A DNA stretch of 64,000 bases from an uncultured Flavobacteriales bacterium (lineage in GTDB: Bacteria; Bacteroidota; Bacteroidia; Flavobacteriales; Schleiferiaceae). The notes beneath the pieces were generated by a model that saw nothing but the letters and a program-made list of their open reading frames with translations, had not been told where the DNA came from and searched no databases. The stretch is taken from positions 22,472 through 86,471 of the forward strand of contig CAWUSA010000005.1 in the NCBI GenBank assembly GCA_963925545.1. Reading direction: 5' to 3'. Positions 58,529-64,000 of this stretch are shown here, piece after piece. The stretch's first letter is position 1, and each line of letters starts with the position of its first letter. The position numbers and the translations under genes were made by a program.

Positions 58529-60028
58529 TCAGGCTTTGAAGGCACTCAAAGCATCCACGATCGTCCGGTCATTGGTCAAGCGGGGCACCTTGTTTTGCCC
58601 CCCCAGTTTGCCAATGGACTTCATGTAGCGAATGAAGGCATCAGTTGCTAGCGGGGTCACTACACAGCTTCTCAAAACGCCACCAACAATCAAATCCTTG
58701 TAGTAGCTGTTCTTCTCGCACAAAGCCTTGTCAAGCGCCAAGGCATAGCCGGCCAGGTCCGTAGGTTGTGCATCAAAAGCAATCAACCACTCATGGTAAG
58801 GGAGGCCTGTGTCAGGTAAAACCTGCGGCGCTACAGTGAACTCTTTCACGACGCCACCAAAGGCTTTTGTGGCCAACTTCATCGCATGCTCCACCTCAGA
58901 CCCAATCACGTGTTCACCAAAGGCGGAAATGAAGTGCTTGATGCGACCAGTGACCCGCACACGACAAGGCTCAAGGGAAACAAAGGTGACGGTGTCTCCA
59001 ATGCTGTACCCCCACAAACCAGCATTGGTGTGCATGATAACGGCATAATTGACGCCCAGCTCAACGTCTGCAACGGACAACCTCGGTGGGTTTTCGTCAA
59101 AAAAATGATCGGACGGAATGAATTCATAAGCGATACCATGATCTAAGGCCAACAGCAAATCCTCGCTGTCTGCTTGATCTTGGTAAGCGATGAACCCCTC
59201 GGAGGTTGCATAGGTTTGTAGGATGCCAACCCTTTTACCCAACAACTCCTCAAATCGCGCCCTGTAGGGCTCATAAGCCACGCCGCCAGTGATAAAAAGC
59301 GCAAGGTTAGGGAAGACCTCAGCAATGGTTTGCTTGCCGGACACCACCAATAATCGCTCAAAATACATCTGCACCCATGGCGGAATGCCAGTAATCAAGG
59401 TTAGGTCTTCATTCACGGTTTCCTGGACAATGGCGTCCAATTTTTCTTCCCAATCCTCAATGATGTTGGCTTCCCATGAGGGCAAGCGGTTTTTTTTAAG
59501 GTAGCTGGGCGTAAAATTTGACGAGATGCCGCTGAGTCGACCTGTAGGAACGCCATTGACATCGTCAAGCTTTGGACTCCCTTGCAAGAAAATCATCTTG
59601 CCATTGACGAAGTCCGCATTGCCTGCATTGACAATGTAGCCAAAGAGGGCACTTTTGCCTGTTTTGATTTGGAAGGACACAGAGGCCGTGCTTAGTGGAA
59701 TGAATTTAGCCCCAGAGGTGGTGCCGCTGGTTTTTGCAAAATAGGCTGGCCTACCAGGCCACACCACATCAGCTTCTCCATCAACCACCCTGTCTAGGTA
59801 GGGCCTCAGCGCTTCATAGTCCCGAATGGGCACATGTTTTTTTAGGTCTGAAAAATTGTGAATTTCATCAAAGTGGTGATCCTTACCAAATGAGGTATGC
59901 TTGGCGTCAGATATCAAGCTTTGCAACACCTTGAGCTGTGTTGCCCCAGGCTTACTGATCCATGATTGGTCCTTCTTGATGGAGCGCTTGGCTAAAAGCT
60001 TCGCTGCGGTTGACTTTAATGTTGCCAT
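58529..60028 (-). CDS. GH3 (auxin-responsive promoter) family adenylating enzyme
   Basis: 499 aa. Motif AKTSGTTSGAKFIPL, with the size and layout typical of bacterial GH3 proteins. Confidence 0.85.
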   Translation of the reverse strand: MATLKSTAAKLLAKRSIKKDQSWISKPGATQLKVLQSLISDAKHTSFGKDHHFDEIHNFSDLKKHVPIRDYEALRPYLDRVVDGEADVVWPGRPAYFAKTSGTTSGAKFIPLSTASVSFQIKTGKSALFGYIVNAGNADFVNGKMIFLQGSPKLDDVNGVPTGRLSGISSNFTPSYLKKNRLPSWEANIIEDWEEKLDAIVQETVNEDLTLITGIPPWVQMYFERLLVVSGKQTIAEVFPNLALFITGGVAYEPYRARFEELLGKRVGILQTYATSEGFIAYQDQADSEDLLLALDHGIAYEFIPSDHFFDENPPRLSVADVELGVNYAVIMHTNAGLWGYSIGDTVTFVSLEPCRVRVTGRIKHFISAFGEHVIGSEVEHAMKLATKAFGGVVKEFTVAPQVLPDTGLPYHEWLIAFDAQPTDLAGYALALDKALCEKNSYYKDLIVGGVLRSCVVTPLATDAFIRYMKSIGKLGGQNKVPRLTNDRTIVDALSAFKA

Positions 60029-60029
60029 G

Positions 60030-60896
60030 TCAGCGTGTGAGAAGTTGATTTAGGTCCAGTGCCCGACCATTCAGCCAGTACTCGACGATGATGTCGTGGG
60101 TGCTGACGCTGTCGCTAGGACTGGTAGCGTCTTGGAGGTACTCAAAAGGCTCAGCCACTTCGCAAAGTTTGGTGCCTGACTTTACAAAATCCCCCACACG
60201 ATGAAGGGGTGGGCTGTTGAGTTGTGCGTAGCGGCTCATGGCGCCATCTTTGTGCTGGAGCCATAAAGAGAAGCCCAACGATGAACTGCCCTCAATAGCA
60301 ACAACAGTGCCTGGCTTAACGGCATTCACCTCGGTTCCAACCGGGCATTTGTAGAGCAGGCCGTGGCGAAGCTTGCGCGAGGCGTCATTGTCCATCAGAT
60401 TGGGGTCCAGCGGGTGACTGACCTGGTCTTCACCTGTCCGGTTAGCCACAGCCTCCATGGCCTCAACATTTTCACGCAGGGCAGATTCTGCATCACTGAT
60501 TCGCAGATTTTCCAAAGACCAGCCCACCGGTGGCGCCATTGCGGACCCTAAGGTGTCGGGTACTTCACCGCCAATCATGGACCGCAAATGTTGCACAAAA
60601 GCTTCGTGGTAACCCAGGTGACGAACCAAAGAATCGGTGCGGTACTCTAGCTCAACGGCTGACCGACGAAGACTTGTTGAGGCATAGCCTGGGATGTATT
60701 CTCTTAGCGGGGTGTAGGCAACAAGTAGCAACGTACCAATAATAAGCGTGACAGTTGTTGTGCCAATGACGACAAAGACATTCAATCGACTAAGCGCCAT
60801 TGAGAAGCGCTCCTCAAAGGTGGATTCGTCCAGCAGCACCAAGCGGTACTTGTGAAGCCATTTCTTCCAGCGCGATGTCTCTCCTTTTTTTACCAT
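60030..60896 (-). CDS. Membrane-anchored LytM/M23-domain protein, catalytic motifs apparently degenerate
   Basis: N-terminal TM segment. The C-terminal M23-like region reads RHGLLYKCPVGTEV...LQHKDG..SRYAQL...THDIIVEYW, where canonical proteins have HxxxD...YxHL...HxH. Confidence 0.75.
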   Translation of the reverse strand: MVKKGETSRWKKWLHKYRLVLLDESTFEERFSMALSRLNVFVVIGTTTVTLIIGTLLLVAYTPLREYIPGYASTSLRRSAVELEYRTDSLVRHLGYHEAFVQHLRSMIGGEVPDTLGSAMAPPVGWSLENLRISDAESALRENVEAMEAVANRTGEDQVSHPLDPNLMDNDASRKLRHGLLYKCPVGTEVNAVKPGTVVAIEGSSSLGFSLWLQHKDGAMSRYAQLNSPPLHRVGDFVKSGTKLCEVAEPFEYLQDATSPSDSVSTHDIIVEYWLNGRALDLNQLLTR

Positions 60897-60947
60897 GCTT
60901 CAGCAAAGATATTCGGTATCAGGAGCTTTTGGAGGCCATTCACGAAA

Positions 60948-60955
60948 TAACTTTG
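60948..60955 (+). promoter_or_regulatory. -7 promoter box TAACTTTG
   Basis: Matches TAnnTTTG. It lies 11 nt before TTG 60967 and 23 nt before GTG 60979, both possible starts of the TPR lipoprotein gene. Confidence 0.35.
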
Positions 60956-60966
60956 CCTGAAGTCCG

Positions 60967-63552
60967 TTGATAGAAACTGTGATCCACCTGTATTCCACAT
61001 CCCGCACGTTCTGCCTAGCCCTTATTGTCCTGGCCACCTTGTCTTGTTCTCGAACGCAAGACAAGGCCATCAACCGTGCCTACCATCGGATGACGGCGCG
61101 ATTCAACCCCATGCATAATGGCAAATTAGCCTTTGAAGACGGCATGGACGCCTTGAGAAAGGCTTACGTAGATGACTATGACACACCGCTTGCAATTTAC
61201 CCATATGGCTTTGCTAAGGAAGATGATCAAGCAAGCCAACACTTCACCCGCGCCATTGAAAAGGCCACAAAAACGGTGGTTGAGCACAGCATGATGATTC
61301 GGGGAAAGCAGAAAAACCCCATCACCTACCAAGCCTACCTTTTGATGGGCCAAGCACAGGGCGCCATGGGCTTGGACCTGTCAGCCCATGAGGCTTTTGC
61401 CATTGTCAAACGCATGTCAGATGACCCCGACCAGGTGACGCGATCTGAGCTGTACCGTGCTGAACTCATGGCAAAGATGGGCAATGGACACGCAGCCATT
61501 GCAGCCTTGGATGAGCTGGAAAGAAGAGGCCTTCACGAGGACTTCACCCTGCAGGCAGCAAGCGTCCGCTCTCACGCCCTGATGGCAGAGAAGGATTATG
61601 AGGCTGTGGTTGATTTATTAGCCGTGGCTTTGAAAGAGAAAATGCCACCAAAGGCCCGAGCTCGCTTGGCCTTCATCAAGGGTCAGCTTCATGAGGAGAT
61701 GGATGAAGGGAGCTTAGCAAGAGAGGCTTATGATGCCTGCATTCGTGCGCAACCCGGCAGCTACGACATGCTTCTGGAAGCGCAGTTGAGAAAAAGTCTC
61801 AATGGCAATGGATCAGGCGTCCGGGTTCAGTCCCTTTACAAGGAGCTAGAGAAGTTGCTTCGGGAGCCGAAAAACGCCCTCTATGAAGACAGAATTTACT
61901 TTGCTTTAGCCAAGCTGGCGGAGTCTGTGGAGGATGAAGGCAGGGCACAGGGTTACTGGGGCCAGTGCATTGCTCAAGGCAGCAAACTGAGGCCGGTGGT
62001 GCACGCAAAAGCCTTTGCAGCAAGAGGCGATTGGCGCTTTGATCAAGCCAATTACCCGGGCGCTCAATCGGACTTAGATAGCGCTTACCACTTGCTGCCA
62101 GCCAAGCACCCCCTCCGGGAGTCGCTGGATCGGCGGCGCAAAGGCCTGAACGCCTTGGTTAAGGTTTTGAACAACCTCCAGTCCAATGACTCACTGCGTG
62201 AGCTGGCATCGATGTCTGAATCAGAGCTGCAAAAATACTTCACCAAATACGTGGCCAGCTTGCGACAGCGAATTGCCGAGGAGGAGCGCCAAGCTCAGCA
62301 GTTTGAGCTACAGGCAGAAATGCAAATGCAGTCTGAGCTGCAATCCGCCTCAGGGCCGGCCATTGGCGGCAGCGGCAAATGGCTCTTCTACAATGGGCCA
62401 ACCCGAGCGATGTCAGCATCGCGGTTCCGACAATCCTGGGGTGATAGACCTAACGTGGATCAGTGGCGCCTGCAGAGCGCATCAGCCAACTGGGTCATGC
62501 AAAGTGGCGGCAGTGACGGTGTGGCGGGCAACGGAACAGACACGGAAGGGGAGGACCCAGCCTTTGATGTTGGTCTGTACATGAAGCAAACCCCGCGGGG
62601 CGACTCCACTGTGCAGGCATTGAGTCGCTTGATTTGCGAAGACTACATAAAGGCCGCCGCCATTTACCGCGACCAAATTGACGATAGTGATGCAGCGATG
62701 GGCATGCTCAACAAAGCAGCCCTTTGTGAAAGCCAATCGCCCTTAGCCTGGTACGCCATGCACCGCCTTCACTTGAAGCGCGAAGAGCCAGTTCAGGCCG
62801 CATCAAGCAGAGAGCATGTGCTGAAAACATTCCCCAGCTCAACCTATGCCAAACACCTTCGCGGAGAGATTGTTGATCAAATAGGTTTGCTAGATCAAAC
62901 GAGCAAGGATTTCCAACAGCTCTGGGATCTTTCCCAAGAAGGCTCATGGCTGGCCTGCTTAGACCTGTTTAAGCAAGGTGAGTTTTTAGCGACAGAGCGT
63001 CCATCAGTCGACTTCATCCAAGCATTGGCACTTGGTGCGACCCAAGGCAAACTAGCCTATGTGGATGCATTGATTGCCATTGAACAAGCCTACCCCAACA
63101 GCCCCCAGGCAGCGTTAGCAACGACCTACAGGAACGCCCTAACGGGCGACTGGGCACCCGACAACCAGAACAACACGGGCATTCAGTACGTGGATGCGAC
63201 CAAGGCCCCCCACCAGCTCATGATCATCATCTCAAGCAAGGGCAACATCAACGATGTGCGCAACGCATTGGCGAGCTTTCATCAAAAGTATTTCAGTGGA
63301 AAACCTCTTGGATTAAGGGTCTTGCCCATCGATGACGACAATCACATGATCATGGTGGATGGCCTGAAGAATGCCGCGGACGCATTGGGATACCGGACCA
63401 AGGTGATGCGAGCTGCGACCGTCACACAATTCACCAAAGACCACAGTCCAAGATACTGGCCCATCACTGTCCAGAATTTTTCGCAATTTTACAGCCAGAA
63501 AGATCTTCAAGGCTACAGCCAATTCGTCCAACGCATCTACCCCCTACTATGA
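60967..63552 (+). CDS. TPR-repeat lipoprotein, possibly SprE/PorW-like T9SS component
   Basis: Lipobox LATLSC followed by AYHRMTARFNPMHNG, which recalls the YH..T..YN..FNG start of SprE/PorW. Helical-repeat body of about 861 aa. Non-ATG start. The assignment is from memory only. Confidence 0.6.
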   Translation: MIETVIHLYSTSRTFCLALIVLATLSCSRTQDKAINRAYHRMTARFNPMHNGKLAFEDGMDALRKAYVDDYDTPLAIYPYGFAKEDDQASQHFTRAIEKATKTVVEHSMMIRGKQKNPITYQAYLLMGQAQGAMGLDLSAHEAFAIVKRMSDDPDQVTRSELYRAELMAKMGNGHAAIAALDELERRGLHEDFTLQAASVRSHALMAEKDYEAVVDLLAVALKEKMPPKARARLAFIKGQLHEEMDEGSLAREAYDACIRAQPGSYDMLLEAQLRKSLNGNGSGVRVQSLYKELEKLLREPKNALYEDRIYFALAKLAESVEDEGRAQGYWGQCIAQGSKLRPVVHAKAFAARGDWRFDQANYPGAQSDLDSAYHLLPAKHPLRESLDRRRKGLNALVKVLNNLQSNDSLRELASMSESELQKYFTKYVASLRQRIAEEERQAQQFELQAEMQMQSELQSASGPAIGGSGKWLFYNGPTRAMSASRFRQSWGDRPNVDQWRLQSASANWVMQSGGSDGVAGNGTDTEGEDPAFDVGLYMKQTPRGDSTVQALSRLICEDYIKAAAIYRDQIDDSDAAMGMLNKAALCESQSPLAWYAMHRLHLKREEPVQAASSREHVLKTFPSSTYAKHLRGEIVDQIGLLDQTSKDFQQLWDLSQEGSWLACLDLFKQGEFLATERPSVDFIQALALGATQGKLAYVDALIAIEQAYPNSPQAALATTYRNALTGDWAPDNQNNTGIQYVDATKAPHQLMIIISSKGNINDVRNALASFHQKYFSGKPLGLRVLPIDDDNHMIMVDGLKNAADALGYRTKVMRAATVTQFTKDHSPRYWPITVQNFSQFYSQKDLQGYSQFVQRIYPLL

Positions 63553-63968
63553 TCAAGAACAAATCCACAGAAAGCATGTCCGACCACAACAAAATTGTTG
63601 AAGGCGCAGAGCTTAATGGCAACCTTCAGTCCCCCGGAGATATTCGCGTAGACGGAAAGGTTAAAGGCAATTTAACGGTCGGTGGCAAACTGGTCATTGG
63701 CCCCACAGGCTATGTTGAAGGCAACATCGTGGCCAAGGAAGTCTCCATTTCTGGCCAAGTGGTTGGTAAGTTGAACGTGAAGGGCTTGAGCTCTTTACAC
63801 AAGACAGCAAGAATGCAAGCGGAACTCACTACAGAGAAGTTGGCAATCGAGCCAGGTGCGCAGTTCACTGGCACGTGTCAGATGGGCTCGTCCAAAGCGA
63901 TGAACCAAAGCCCACCCCAAGATCAACAAGCAAAGCCAGGGCCCCAAGCCTCTGCCTCAGCCAGCTAA
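63549..63968 (+). CDS. Bactofilin-family cytoskeletal protein
   Basis: 139 aa. Bactofilin beta-helix repeats (IRVDGKVKGNLTVGGKLVIGPTGYVEGNIVAKEVSISGQVVGKL) and a Pro/Gln-rich tail. ATGA overlap with the previous stop. Confidence 0.85.
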   Translation: MIKNKSTESMSDHNKIVEGAELNGNLQSPGDIRVDGKVKGNLTVGGKLVIGPTGYVEGNIVAKEVSISGQVVGKLNVKGLSSLHKTARMQAELTTEKLAIEPGAQFTGTCQMGSSKAMNQSPPQDQQAKPGPQASASAS

Positions 63969-64000
63969 GTGAAAAATGCCATGCGCTTCAGTGGGATGGC

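Noticed and set aside
58529-60028. The GH3-family adenylating enzyme as a substitute for the missing phenylacetate-CoA ligase PaaK.
   Set aside because: It is 32 kb from the paa cluster and sits among unrelated housekeeping genes. GH3 proteins are amido synthetases rather than CoA ligases. GH3 genes also appear to be widespread in Bacteroidota. There is no sequence-based support, only a superficial chemical analogy.

Overview
This window reads as a Bacteroidota chromosomal segment. The evidence is a type-A T9SS C-terminal sorting domain on a giant surface protein, recurrent TAnnTTTG '-7' promoter boxes, a fused E1 alpha/beta 2-oxoacid dehydrogenase, fabF-rnc-(IPExxxVDY-like)-pyk synteny and a SprE/PorW-like TPR lipoprotein. 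I call about 60 protein-coding genes, one tRNA-Cys(GCA), four intrinsic-terminator-like hairpins and several promoter- or operator-like sites. Most genes are housekeeping: PBP1A, scoAB, lysS, gltX, folB, rpiB, ybeY, mnmG, holB, pgk, pheS, pyk, rnc, fabF, acpP, purN, rnhA, lipB and mutS2. There are two blocks of accessory content. (i) A phenylacetyl-CoA (paa) catabolic cluster, paaABCD-G-H-orf170-I-J-Y with divergent paaE. It has no paaK ligase and no regulator in the window. It is separated from paaZ by an 1804-aa T9SS protein with three super-repeats and by an S9 prolyl oligopeptidase. (ii) A low-G+C block that begins abruptly at the tRNA-Cys terminator (39.1 kb). It carries a Crp-family regulator, an MDR oxidoreductase and a membrane-anchored HchA/Hsp31-type enzyme, followed by a repeat-rich 340-nt AT-rich spacer upstream of rpiB-ybeY-mnmG. 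I found no CRISPR array, rRNA, transposase, integrase, phage gene, toxin-antitoxin pair or recognisable anti-phage defence system. Nothing here convinces me of a wholly new multi-gene system. The best leads are the unplaced 104-aa Cys-framed module of the giant protein, the acidic orf170 inside the paa operon, and the ligase-less, split paa architecture. All similarity statements come from reading the translated ORFs by eye and from memory of protein families, not from database searches.
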